In this document: positions 7,747 to 16,796 of the stretch, piece after piece
Layout of the letters: every line of letters starts with the position of its first letter
How positions within the stretch are numbered: position 1 is the first letter of the stretch
Source: Candidatus Methylomirabilia bacterium
Lineage (GTDB): Bacteria > Methylomirabilota > Methylomirabilia > Rokubacteriales > CSP1-6
Assembly: GCA_046758965.1 (NCBI GenBank)
Contig: JBHIBG010000057.1
Span: 1 to 17,376, forward strand
Reading direction: 5' to 3'
DNA length: 17,376 bases
The notes under the pieces: generated by a model
Told to the model about the DNA's origin: nothing
The model's database searches: none
The model's input: the letters and a program-made list of their open reading frames with translations, nothing else
Made by a program: the position numbers and the translations under genes

Positions 7747-9132
7747 ATGTTTCGTCCTGCTCACGAGCGGTCGCTGCTAGGATACGTCCCGCTCCGTCTG
7801 GTCCTCTCCGTCTTCATCCTGTTCGCCCTGCTGCTCGCTGTGGCCTTGGCCATCGGCATGCGGTTCGAGAAGCACGTCCTCATGGGCGTGGCGCCCGGCC
7901 CAACGGCCGAACAGGGGACGCAGGCGGTCGTGCGTGGTCTGACGTGGACGGACCTGCTGACGATGTTTGGGGTCCTCCTGCTGCTCGCGGCCGTGGGGAT
8001 CCTCGTTTTCACCACTTTCCAGAACTACCGGGCAATCACTCAAACCTTCGAGCACGTCAAGAGCCTCATGCGCAACATCCTGCAGAGCATCCCGAGCGGG
8101 GTTCTCACCCTTGACTCCCGGGGGATCGTAACCTCGCTCAACAGTGCGGCCGAGCGCCTGCTGGGCCTCCGGGCGGCGATGCTGGTCGGGCGACCGTTGG
8201 ACGAACTGCTCCGAACCGCGCCGGATCTTGGCGCGTGGATCCGCTCGGCTCTTGCCGGAGAGCGGTTGATCCACGAGACCAACCTCTCCCTGATTGCGGA
8301 CGGGGGCCGACGGGTCACGCTCCGGGCGTCAGCCTCGGAGCTTCGCGACGAGTCCGGACAGTCAGACGGCCTGGTGATCCTGCTCCGGGACATCACCGAG
8401 ATGACCCGCCTGGAGCTGCAACTCAGGCGTTCGGACAAGCTCGCCGCCCTCGGCACGCTGGCAGCAGGGGTCGCGCACGAGGTCAAAAACCCGCTCCACG
8501 CGTTGAGCCTCAACCTCCATCTCATGGAGAAAGAGTTGGCCTCCGCCCACCCCTCTTCAGCTGAGGTCAAGGGCTACCTCGGCATTTTCAGCTCCGAAGT
8601 CCAGCGGATTCATCGCATTGTGGAGAACTTCCTCCGGTTCTCCAAGCCCTCGATCCCTGAGGTGAAGCCGCTGGATTTGAACGCCCTCGTGGAGCGGGTC
8701 CTCAGCTTGGTGGCGTTCGAGGCTGCCGACCACGGGATAGCGATCGAGACCCAGTTCGACGCGGTGCTGGACTCTGTTCCTGGCGACGAGGGGCAGCTCG
8801 CGCAGCTCTTTCTCAACCTGGTTATCAATGCGCTCCAGGCGATGCCGTCTGGTGGAACCCTGGCAGTGACGACGCAGCTCCAGAATGGATGGGCGGAGGT
8901 GGGCGTGAAGGATACGGGAGAAGGAATCCAGAAAGAGATCCTCCCCCATGTCTTTGACCCGTACTTTACGACACAGCAGGGCGGGGTCGGGTTGGGGCTG
9001 GCAATCGCTCACCGGATTGTCGAGGCCCACCAAGGGACGATCGACGTGGAGAGCGAGGCCGGAAAGGGGACCGTGATGGTCGTTCGCCTCCCTCTGGCCG
9101 GGCTTCTTTCCCCGGCAGGCACGGAGCCTTGA
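7747..9132 (+). CDS. Membrane PAS-domain sensor histidine kinase (NtrB/AtoS type)
   Basis: Two TM segments, PAS domain, H-box AHEVKNPL, N-box NLVINALQAM, G1 DTGEGI, F-box FDPYFTT, G2 GVGLGL. Confidence 0.95.
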   Translation: MFRPAHERSLLGYVPLRLVLSVFILFALLLAVALAIGMRFEKHVLMGVAPGPTAEQGTQAVVRGLTWTDLLTMFGVLLLLAAVGILVFTTFQNYRAITQTFEHVKSLMRNILQSIPSGVLTLDSRGIVTSLNSAAERLLGLRAAMLVGRPLDELLRTAPDLGAWIRSALAGERLIHETNLSLIADGGRRVTLRASASELRDESGQSDGLVILLRDITEMTRLELQLRRSDKLAALGTLAAGVAHEVKNPLHALSLNLHLMEKELASAHPSSAEVKGYLGIFSSEVQRIHRIVENFLRFSKPSIPEVKPLDLNALVERVLSLVAFEAADHGIAIETQFDAVLDSVPGDEGQLAQLFLNLVINALQAMPSGGTLAVTTQLQNGWAEVGVKDTGEGIQKEILPHVFDPYFTTQQGGVGLGLAIAHRIVEAHQGTIDVESEAGKGTVMVVRLPLAGLLSPAGTEP

Positions 9133-10481
9133 TGCCGACCAGAATCCTGGTCGTCGACGACGAGTTCAACATCCGGACGGCGCTGGCGAAGATCCTCGAG
9201 AAGGCCGGGCACGCGGTCACCACGGCCGAGAGCGGGGATCAGGCCCTCCGCCTGCTCCACGAGACGCCGTTCGATCTGGTGTTAACCGACCTCAAGATGG
9301 TCGGGGCCGACGGCATGGACGTCCTTCGGGCCGTGAGGCAGCGCCAGCCCGAGTCCGAGGTGGTCCTGCTGACCGCCTACGGGACGATCCAGAGCGCCGT
9401 GGAGGCGACGAAGATCGGTGCGTATGAGTACCTGACCAAGCCGGCAGATCCCGAGCGGCTCGTGCGTATCGTGGCGAAAGCGCTAGAGTATAAGGCCCTC
9501 CGGGAGGAGGTTCGGCAGCTGCGGGAGCAGGTCTCCGTGCGAGAGGCCTTCGAGCACATCGTCGGCCGAAGCCTCCAGATGCGGAAGATCTACGAACAGG
9601 TTCGCCAGGTCGCCCCGACCCTGGCGACGGTCCTGATCAGCGGTGAGTCCGGAACGGGAAAAGAGCTGGTGGCACGCGCGATCCATAGCCGGAGTTCCCG
9701 GAAAACCGGTCCCTTCGTCACGCTGAACTGCGGGGCGCTGCCCGAGACCCTCCTTGAATCGGAGCTGTTCGGGTACGAGCGCGGGGCCTTTACGGGCGCC
9801 CTCACGACCAAGATCGGCCGGATCGAGCAGGCCGACGGCGGAACGCTTTTGCTCGACGAGGTCGGGGAGATGAGCCCCAAGACGCAGATCGGCTTCCTCC
9901 GGGTCCTGCAGGAGCGGGAGTTCCGTCGGCTCGGCGGCCTCGGACCGATCACGGTGGACGTCCGCTTCATCGCCGCGACCAACAAGAGCCTGGAGGAGGC
10001 CGTGAAGGCGGGGACGTTTCGGGAGGACCTCTTCTACCGTCTGGCCGTCGTCCCCATCACGCTGCCTCCCCTTCGCGATCGGACGGAGGACATCCCCCGG
10101 CTGGCCACGGCGTTTCTCCGGGAGCTCTCTCCCCAGTACGAGCGTCCCGAGAAGTCCTTCTCGCCGGCGGCGCTCCAAGCCCTTCGCGAGTACGCGTGGC
10201 CCGGGAATGTCCGCGAGCTCCGAAATCTGGTGGAGCGGCTGGTTGTGACGGTCCAGAGCCGGGTCATCCGCCCGCTGCACCTGCCGTCCACCATCCTGAC
10301 CGGCGAGCGGCCGGAACGGAGCATCACGATCCCCCTGGGGATCCCGCTCCACGTCGTGGAGGAGCATCTCATCCGGAGGACCCTCAGCGAGATCACCCCC
10401 CATCGGGAGCGCGCAGCCAAAATCCTGGGTATTAGCCCCCGCGCGCTCCACTACAAGCTCCGGCGGTACCGGATCGAATAG
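9132..10481 (+). CDS. Sigma54-dependent response regulator (NtrC/AtoC family: REC-AAA+-HTH)
   Basis: Receiver LVVDD/TDLKM, Walker A GESGTGKE, GAFTGA loop, Walker B LLLDE, WPGNVREL, C-terminal HTH. TGATG overlap with the kinase gene. Confidence 0.96.
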   Translation: MPTRILVVDDEFNIRTALAKILEKAGHAVTTAESGDQALRLLHETPFDLVLTDLKMVGADGMDVLRAVRQRQPESEVVLLTAYGTIQSAVEATKIGAYEYLTKPADPERLVRIVAKALEYKALREEVRQLREQVSVREAFEHIVGRSLQMRKIYEQVRQVAPTLATVLISGESGTGKELVARAIHSRSSRKTGPFVTLNCGALPETLLESELFGYERGAFTGALTTKIGRIEQADGGTLLLDEVGEMSPKTQIGFLRVLQEREFRRLGGLGPITVDVRFIAATNKSLEEAVKAGTFREDLFYRLAVVPITLPPLRDRTEDIPRLATAFLRELSPQYERPEKSFSPAALQALREYAWPGNVRELRNLVERLVVTVQSRVIRPLHLPSTILTGERPERSITIPLGIPLHVVEEHLIRRTLSEITPHRERAAKILGISPRALHYKLRRYRIE

Positions 10482-10607
10482 GTCCGCCTCCCAGGCCCCC
10501 CCGAGGGCTCCGCCCTCAGAACTGGACACTCGTCAAAGGCTCGAGCCGCTTCGTCCCTTCAACGGCTGGCGCCTCTCTTCCCTCGAGGGCGTCTGCGCGC
10601 TGGCAGC

Positions 10608-10622
10608 TGCAAATCCTGCAGC
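10608..10622. promoter_or_regulatory. Candidate enhancer site TGCA-N5-TGCA
   Basis: TGCAAATCCTGCAGC is identical to 5203-5217 and lies about 87 bp upstream of the sigma54 motif at 10708. Confidence 0.62.
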
Positions 10623-10707
10623 CGATTTTTCCGGCTAGCTGGAGATAATCCCTGGGATAGGCGGCCCGCGCCGCGTAACTGCTCGGAACCGTTTCCTGCC
10701 CGGTCCC

Positions 10708-10723
10708 AGGCATGCAAATTGCG
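10708..10723 (+). promoter_or_regulatory. Sigma54 -24/-12 promoter
   Basis: AGGCATGCAAATTGCG (GG 10709-10, TTGC 10719-22), followed by a GGGAGG SD and the ATG at 10754. Confidence 0.75.
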
Positions 10724-10753
10724 TCTTGCTTATATGCGGGAGGCCGCTTTGAT

Positions 10754-11485
10754 ATGGCTCTGATCGTCCGAACATTCAAATCGCTTCCCGGGCGAGACAG
10801 CGAACTGCTTGAATGCCTGGGGAGCGTGGCGTGGGGGATAGTCCGGTATCTCGGGGCGGGATCGGTGGTGATTTGCCGCCAGGATAACGATCCTGAGCAG
10901 TTCTTCTGGATCGGAGATCGCGGTTGCGAGTCGGATTTCCAGCCCCTCCCCTTCCGGAAGGAGCTGCTCGAGTCATACGAACACAGTCTCGCAGAATGCT
11001 CGCCGCCGCTGTCCCTGGGTTTTGTCGACGAGTTTTACCACTTCCCTCCCCCGCCTTACCAGGTCTGGAACCTGGAAGCTCACGCGCAGCAGGAGGGGCA
11101 AGCTGACATTCTCAGGGGCCTCTTTGACTTGTCACGCCTGGCGCGTCGAGACCGGCACGTCGCAGGCATGTCCTTGTATCGCGTGGCCGCAGACCCGGGT
11201 ATCTTCATCGGTTTCCTCGGGCTTACACGGGGGTTCACTCCGATCACGCTTGTTCACCGCGGGGTGGTAGAGTTGAGCATCACTGGGCAAATCGAGCGTA
11301 CCGTTGTCTGGCGCCCGCTCTCGGTCGCCTACCAGGTGGGACGGCCCGGGAGTGGCGAGGGAGTAACGGGGGGAGGCGAAGGAATCTCCAGCGCTCCGTT
11401 CTGGGCCCGTTCCGGGGTATTGCCGACGCATTCGTCGGTGTCCAAGGAGGCCACAGCCGAAGTGGAGCGCTCCAACAGGAGTTGA
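10754..11485 (+). CDS. Hypothetical protein with two ABM-like (dimeric alpha/beta barrel) repeats
   Basis: VRTFKSLPGRDSELL...VICRQDNDPEQFFW and ...VAGMSLYRVAADPGIFIG both resemble the ABM pattern. GGGAGG SD. Confidence 0.6.
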   Translation: MALIVRTFKSLPGRDSELLECLGSVAWGIVRYLGAGSVVICRQDNDPEQFFWIGDRGCESDFQPLPFRKELLESYEHSLAECSPPLSLGFVDEFYHFPPPPYQVWNLEAHAQQEGQADILRGLFDLSRLARRDRHVAGMSLYRVAADPGIFIGFLGLTRGFTPITLVHRGVVELSITGQIERTVVWRPLSVAYQVGRPGSGEGVTGGGEGISSAPFWARSGVLPTHSSVSKEATAEVERSNRS

Positions 11486-11682
11486 CTGTGGTCTCCTCGG
11501 ACAGGGTCATCTACGCGATCACATGTGGGTTGTGCGGCCAGAGCTGGCAGACGAGAGCTGCTACAGATGGTCAGGTGATCCAGTGCCTCTTTTGCGGAAG
11601 CAAGGGGCAGCTTCGCGTGGGGGCGGATTGGAAAGGCGTGCAGCGAGTCGAGGTGTGGCTTCAGTGCGCTCAGATCTCTTGA
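11482..11682 (+). CDS. Small zinc-ribbon protein
   Basis: CGLC...CLFC (two CxxC). AGGAG upstream; the TTG start overlaps the preceding stop (TTGA). Confidence 0.65.
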   Translation: MTVVSSDRVIYAITCGLCGQSWQTRAATDGQVIQCLFCGSKGQLRVGADWKGVQRVEVWLQCAQIS

Positions 11683-11718
11683 TGTCGACATGTCGCGGAG
11701 AAAAGGCACCTGGGCCCC

Positions 11719-12282
11719 ATGCGTGCGGGCGGGCAGCGGGCGCACCGGTTCCTTTTCTGCGTGCTCCCGACCGCGGGGAATAAGTGCCCCGCTCTAGGCC
11801 GTCCGATGGGCTTTTACTTGGGATCTGAGCGAAGACGGGGGCTGACGAAAGACCTCAGCCCTACGATCACCCCGGGAGAGTATGTCGCTGCGCTCTCCCG
11901 CGTGATCCGGGCTCTCGCCGTGAGGCCTAACCTGACGCGCCAGTGCTATCAAGCGGGCCTTCTCTACCTGACGACCGCCCTGCCGAGACGGGCGGTCCAA
12001 GTCTTCTCCGACGTCGTTCGGCGGCAACCAAAAGATCGGGCTGCACACCGTCTGCTGGGCATCGCCCACCTCCATGAGGGGAACCCCGAGGCCGCGGTGA
12101 GACACCTTGAGATCGCGTTACAACTCTTGCGGTGCGAAGCCGCGGCCATGGTAGGACTACGCGAGGCGCTCTCCATTCAGTGCGAGACAGCGCTGCTTCG
12201 CCTGCTGCTCGTGCCGTTGAACATGAGCTTGGGCCGGGTGCGGGCAGCGTACTTGTTGGTGAAGGAAGGGCGAGGGCTCTGA
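11719..12282 (+). CDS. TPR-repeat protein (start may be ATG 11806)
   Basis: AVQVFSDVVRRQPKDRAAHRLLGIAHLHEGNPEAAVRHLEIALQL fits a TPR consensus. Confidence 0.72.
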   Translation: MRAGGQRAHRFLFCVLPTAGNKCPALGRPMGFYLGSERRRGLTKDLSPTITPGEYVAALSRVIRALAVRPNLTRQCYQAGLLYLTTALPRRAVQVFSDVVRRQPKDRAAHRLLGIAHLHEGNPEAAVRHLEIALQLLRCEAAAMVGLREALSIQCETALLRLLLVPLNMSLGRVRAAYLLVKEGRGL

Positions 12283-12407
12283 TCCTGCCGCGGAGCCCGC
12301 GAAGGCGGCACCGTCCGACTCCGCGACGTGGACACAAGGCTTTTTCCGACCAGGACGCCTCGCCTTCTTCCTGGCCGTTGACCGCAGCTATCAGCTTACC
12401 GAGGGGC

Positions 12408-13015
12408 ATGGAGGAAAAGACAGATAAGAGACAAGCGCGCTGGTTGCCGCCGCTCACAATTCTCCTCACCGTGATGGTGATCGCCCTCGTTCTTTTGTAT
12501 TCGCCTCCCAAGATCACAGACGCGGCCCTAGGCGAAACAGGGCCCATAGAACGCGCCACCCTCGTGCTCTATCTTGCCGGCGCCCTCACGCTCTCGATTT
12601 TCGCTACGTACAAACTACACAGAACATAGAAAGGTGCTTAATCATCTGTTTTTTCCTGTCTCCTGATGTGTGCTTGGGCGAGAAGATCATCGTCAGCACA
12701 CTGCTACTCATACTCGCCGGGATATTTGTCAAGCTCATCGCGGACTATGGGCCTGGATTCATCGGTGCCGTTAGAATGGGGCGACGGTATGCTCTTTCCA
12801 TGCTCTCTGGGATTCTCTTGCTCCCGATCAGCCAGGTGTTTGATGAGTGCGCGCACTTTCTTCGGAGGCGAGTCGTGGTACACGATGATGGTGTTCGCGC
12901 TTGTGCACTCTTAGGAGAGGTGCTTGAATTAGCAATCCCTCTCCTGTTTTTGCCTGCTGTTTTCCAATGGGCCACCGATCCCTCCGCCGCCGGCAAGCCG
13001 CAGGCCCCCGCATGA
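12408..13015 (+). pseudogene. Polytopic membrane protein split into two frames
   Basis: 12408-12629 (two TMs, ETGPIE) and 12668-13015 (three TMs, EVLELAIP) are co-oriented and joined by a short stop-containing, T-rich segment. They look like one disrupted gene. Confidence 0.5.
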
Positions 13016-13914
13016 CCAGGAGATCCGCACAGCGCGAGAAGGAGCATGGTAGTCACGTGGATCCCACCCATCAGAACGACTGCTCCGTATCCCGAGAGGC
13101 CACTGAGGGCGTCCCGGTCGCGAGGAGAAGGAAGAAGTCTTCGGTTGAGGAGTACGCCGAAGCGATCCTCATGGCCGTGGTCCTCGCCTTGGTCATCCGA
13201 ACATTTGTGGTCCAGGCCTTCACCATCCCGTCAGGCTCCATGATGGACACCCTCCAGGTCGGCGACTACATCCTGGTCAACAAGTTCATCTACGGGGCTC
13301 AGATCCCCTATACGCCCTGGTCCTTACCGGGGCTCCGCGCGCCGGAGCGCGGCGAGATCGTCGTCTTCAAGTACCCGCTGGACGAGCGGCGCGACTTCAT
13401 CAAGCGCATCATCGCCAGTGGGGGCGACCGCCTTGTGATCCGGGACGGTCAGGTGTTCATCAATAGACAGCCGATCTCCGAGCAATACGTTCAAAACCCG
13501 GGCCGCACGTTGGGTCCGCCGCCCTACGTGACCGACCGGAACTCCGACGAGCCGTGCCTGGCCCAAGCGGCCGCCGCTGCGAAGACAGACGCCCACCAGT
13601 TCGGCCCCATCACGATCCCGGAAGGCCACTACTTCGTCATGGGCGACAACCGGAACAACAGCCAGGACAGCCGGTACTGGGGGTGCCTCAAGCGCGAGCA
13701 TATCCGCGGCAAGGCGTTCATGATTTACTGGTCCTGGAACAGGGAGAAGCATTGGCCCCGCTGGGGGCGCCTGGGCAAGATCATCCGTAGGGGTAGATTG
13801 GCACCGGGAGCCGTCGAATCCAGCAGAGTGGGCCTCGCACACCTGGTAGGGCACTTAGCTCCCACTAAGTTACTCGGGCAGCAGGAGTCTCCGAATCCGC
13901 GGGGAGGGTCCTGA
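13012..13914 (+). CDS. lepB: Signal peptidase I (S26) with apparent C-terminal run-on
   Basis: TM then IPSGSMMDTL (catalytic Ser), DFIKRI (catalytic Lys), GDNRNNSQDSRYWG. ATG 13012 overlaps the upstream TGA; the start is uncertain. Confidence 0.92.
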   Translation: MTRRSAQREKEHGSHVDPTHQNDCSVSREATEGVPVARRRKKSSVEEYAEAILMAVVLALVIRTFVVQAFTIPSGSMMDTLQVGDYILVNKFIYGAQIPYTPWSLPGLRAPERGEIVVFKYPLDERRDFIKRIIASGGDRLVIRDGQVFINRQPISEQYVQNPGRTLGPPPYVTDRNSDEPCLAQAAAAAKTDAHQFGPITIPEGHYFVMGDNRNNSQDSRYWGCLKREHIRGKAFMIYWSWNREKHWPRWGRLGKIIRRGRLAPGAVESSRVGLAHLVGHLAPTKLLGQQESPNPRGGS

Positions 13915-14907
13915 TGCTGGAGCTTGGTTTCCCGACCCGTCACGAATGGCAGGTGCTGGAGCGCGACTACGGAAGGATCTTCTTGGAACCCTTCGAGCCA
14001 GGCTGTGCCCTGATCATCGGTAACACCTACCGTCGGGTCATTCTCTGCTCCACCAACGGGGCAGCTCCGACCTGGGTCAAGATCGAGGGCGTGCTCCACC
14101 AGTTCACGCCCATTGCAGCGCTGACCGAGGATGCCCTAGAGATCGTCGCGAACCTCCGGAAGGTGGTCTTTGCCCTTTACGTGAACCGCGCCAAGCTCAT
14201 TCGGCTCAAAGCCCAGGGCCCCAAGTTGGTGAGGGCGGGAGAGTTCGAGTCGGACGCGGATCTGGAGATTCTCACTCCGGAGCAACCGCTGGCTACCGTG
14301 GGCAAAGACGGAACGCTAGAGATGGAGGTGTGTATTGAGCGGGGGCGCGGCTATCTACCGGCGGAGAAGCAGGAGCCCGAGGCCCCTCCCATCGACGCGA
14401 TCCTGATGGATGCCGACTTCTCGCCGATCCGGCGCGTGAACTTCCGCGTGGAACCGGTCGCCGGCGAGACGACCAAGCAGGAGCGGCTGGTGCTCGATAT
14501 CTGGACTAACGGGACCGTGACCCCCGAAGCCTCAATCGGGCAGGCCTCACGGATTCTCGAGGACCACTTCGAGCTGTTTACCAACTTCCCCCCAGGAGGT
14601 CCCCGTGGAGGAAGAGGCGGAGCCTGTCGCACCGCCTCTCAAGCTCGATCAGAGCCTCTTCCGGAGCGTGGAGGAGCTGGAGCTGTCGGTGCGCGCCTCC
14701 AACTGCCTCAAGAGCAGCAATGTTCGTACGATCGCGGATCTGGTGCAGCGCAGCGAGGCCGAGCTCGTGAAGACCAAGAATTTCGGGAAGAAGTCACTGA
14801 ACGAGATCAAGGCAATCCTGGAAGAAATGGAGCTCTCCCTTGGGATGCGTTTGGATCCTGAGGAGCTGGAGCGCCTCCGCGTCCAGAACGACCGGACTAG
14901 CAAGTAG
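13914..14907 (+). pseudogene. rpoA: RNA polymerase alpha subunit paralog, split by a +1 frameshift at the NTD/CTD linker
   Basis: [67 protein letters not shown] in the +1 frame (14605-14907): [37 protein letters not shown]6 run at 14588-14593. Confidence 0.9.
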
Positions 14908-15089
14908 TGCCTTTCGCTGACGTCCCGATCTCCTTTCTAGGCTGCCTCATCGTGGTTCCTCTCCTCCTCATCATGATCACGATCTACCGCCACATCTTCT
15001 TGAGCTACTGGCTGGAGCTGGAAAGGGATGGACAGCGACGAGCTAACCTCTTAACTCAGAGACGGAGGTCGTCCTGGCGATGGAGATGA
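14907..15089 (+). CDS. Small single-TM hypothetical protein
   Basis: GTG overlaps the rpoA TAG. Hydrophobic ISFLGCLIVVPLLLIMITIY followed by a basic tail. Confidence 0.45.
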   Translation: MPFADVPISFLGCLIVVPLLLIMITIYRHIFLSYWLELERDGQRRANLLTQRRRSSWRWR

Positions 15090-16348
15090 TGAATCTAGAT
15101 TTGGCGCTGGCCGGATTAGTTACCCTCGGGTTTGTTGGCGCCGTGATCGCTCGACGGACCGGCGTACCAATGATCACTGGCTATCTGGCAATCGGCATGC
15201 TATTCAGTCCATCGGTTTTTCCTCTGCTCCCCAAGGAATTGCTCGCGGATGCCACGGCTATCATCACTCCCTTGGCCCTTGGGATCATCGCTTATCTGAT
15301 CGGAGGCAGCCTCCACCTGCCGACGCTCGCTCGCTTCGGGCGCGACATCGCCTCCGTCACCCTGTTCGAGGGAATAGGAGCATGGATTGGGGTCACTGTT
15401 CTTATATCCCTACTCGGGCCCTTGCTCATCACCTCGGGCGTAGGCGATGGCACCCTTATGGACTTCTTCACCGTCGGCATCACGGGTGGGGCAATCTCCC
15501 TGGCCACAGCGCCCGCCGGTACCCTGGCGGTGACCCGCGAGTACCGCTCCAGCGGGCCGCTGACCACCATCCTACTCAGCGTGGTGGCCTTGGACGATGC
15601 GCTCGCGATTATGGCTACCGCCGTGGCTCTAGCCGTGGTTTCCTTCCTCTTGGGCGGCGATGCCTCATGGGTGCAATTGCTCCTTGGCGCTGCTGGCGAA
15701 ATCGGCCTCTCCCTGATTCTAGGGGGCGTCGTAGCGCTAGGCCTTATCTACCTCTCCCAGCATACTCGCAGGCGATCGGAGCTGCTCGTCGTAGTTTTTG
15801 GGGCCATCCTCCTCTGTATCGGCGTTGCCGTGATGCTGCACCTCTCCTATCTCCTGGCCGCTATGGCTCTGGGGTTCGTGGTGGTCAACAGGCTCAGGGA
15901 CTCCGAGGAGCTCTTCTCCGTCGTATACGATTTGGAGGAGCTCCTCTACGCCCTCTTCTTCACGCTGGTGGGAACCAAGCTCGACCTGTCTCTCTTCGCC
16001 TCGGGAGGGGTGTTGGCTTTACTCATCGTCGCCGGGCGGATGAGCGGGAAGTTTTTAGGAGCCACCGTAGGGGCGACGGTGTCAGGGGCGCCGCCGGCAG
16101 TGAGGAAGTACCTGGGCCTCGGCTTGCTGGCTAAGGCTGGGGTCACCGTGGGATTGGCCCTCTTGGTGGAGCAGGACCCCCGTATGGCTGGGGCGGCCGT
16201 GGTCTTGGTGAATGGTGTCCTAGCCTCCACCATTATCAACCAGTTAATTGCGCCGCCCCTGGTTAAGCTGGCCATCGTCTGGTCCGGCGAGGCGGGTCGC
16301 GCCGAGGCAGCTCCGGAACCCGAAGAGGAGACCGAGAGAACAATTTGA
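15080..16348 (+). CDS. Cation:proton antiporter (Na+/H+ exchanger family)
   Basis: Many TM segments with motifs PMITGYLAIG, ATAPAGT, VVALDDA, FFTLVG, GRMSGK, LLAKAGVTVGLA. GGAGG SD. Confidence 0.92.
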   Translation: MEMMNLDLALAGLVTLGFVGAVIARRTGVPMITGYLAIGMLFSPSVFPLLPKELLADATAIITPLALGIIAYLIGGSLHLPTLARFGRDIASVTLFEGIGAWIGVTVLISLLGPLLITSGVGDGTLMDFFTVGITGGAISLATAPAGTLAVTREYRSSGPLTTILLSVVALDDALAIMATAVALAVVSFLLGGDASWVQLLLGAAGEIGLSLILGGVVALGLIYLSQHTRRRSELLVVVFGAILLCIGVAVMLHLSYLLAAMALGFVVVNRLRDSEELFSVVYDLEELLYALFFTLVGTKLDLSLFASGGVLALLIVAGRMSGKFLGATVGATVSGAPPAVRKYLGLGLLAKAGVTVGLALLVEQDPRMAGAAVVLVNGVLASTIINQLIAPPLVKLAIVWSGEAGRAEAAPEPEEETERTI

Positions 16349-16796
16349 GCATAATAGACTTGATGGTGTCTATTCAGGCGATCTTTGGTGATCCCACAAT
16401 CACGGCCAGGACCCGCCTTTGCGGCCGTCGACGAACGCAACGAAGATATTACTGGACGTAGCCTAGCTGCCAGAACATCCCTTCCCGTTATATTCCTTGC
16501 GTCGGCGTCTGTCTGTGAGCGTGCATGCTCTAGGGCTCTGCTAACTACAGGGTGCGCTCCCAAAAGAGGTAAAACAGAATCACCGCAGGGATGGCTGTGG
16601 CGCCACCGAGAGCCAGATTGTCCCTAAAGAGGGCGAGAATCATGAATGTTGCTAGAGCGCACATACCACCGAGTACGGCACCACGTTTTAGTCTCCTCAA
16701 AGGCTCTTTTTCACCAGACTTCAATAGTCGAGTGCTCCCTTTCCTAGTTTCAACCGCAACTCTTCATCTAGCCTTACGGTACGCCGTCGTCCTTAT

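Noticed and set aside
10503..10517. Hairpin GAGGGC-TCC-GCCCTC after the regulator as a terminator
   Set aside because: Short stem and no U-tract.
10519..10528. AGAACTGGAC shared with 3327-3336
   Set aside because: A 10-bp match with no flanking similarity is compatible with chance in 17 kb.
7761..10529. Long antisense ORFs over the kinase and regulator (e.g. 9483-10529)
   Set aside because: Shadow ORFs typical of high-GC coding DNA, opposite well-supported genes.
14594..14861. C-terminal part of the 315-aa ORF as a real domain
   Set aside because: It is the out-of-frame reading of the alpha-CTD coding sequence.
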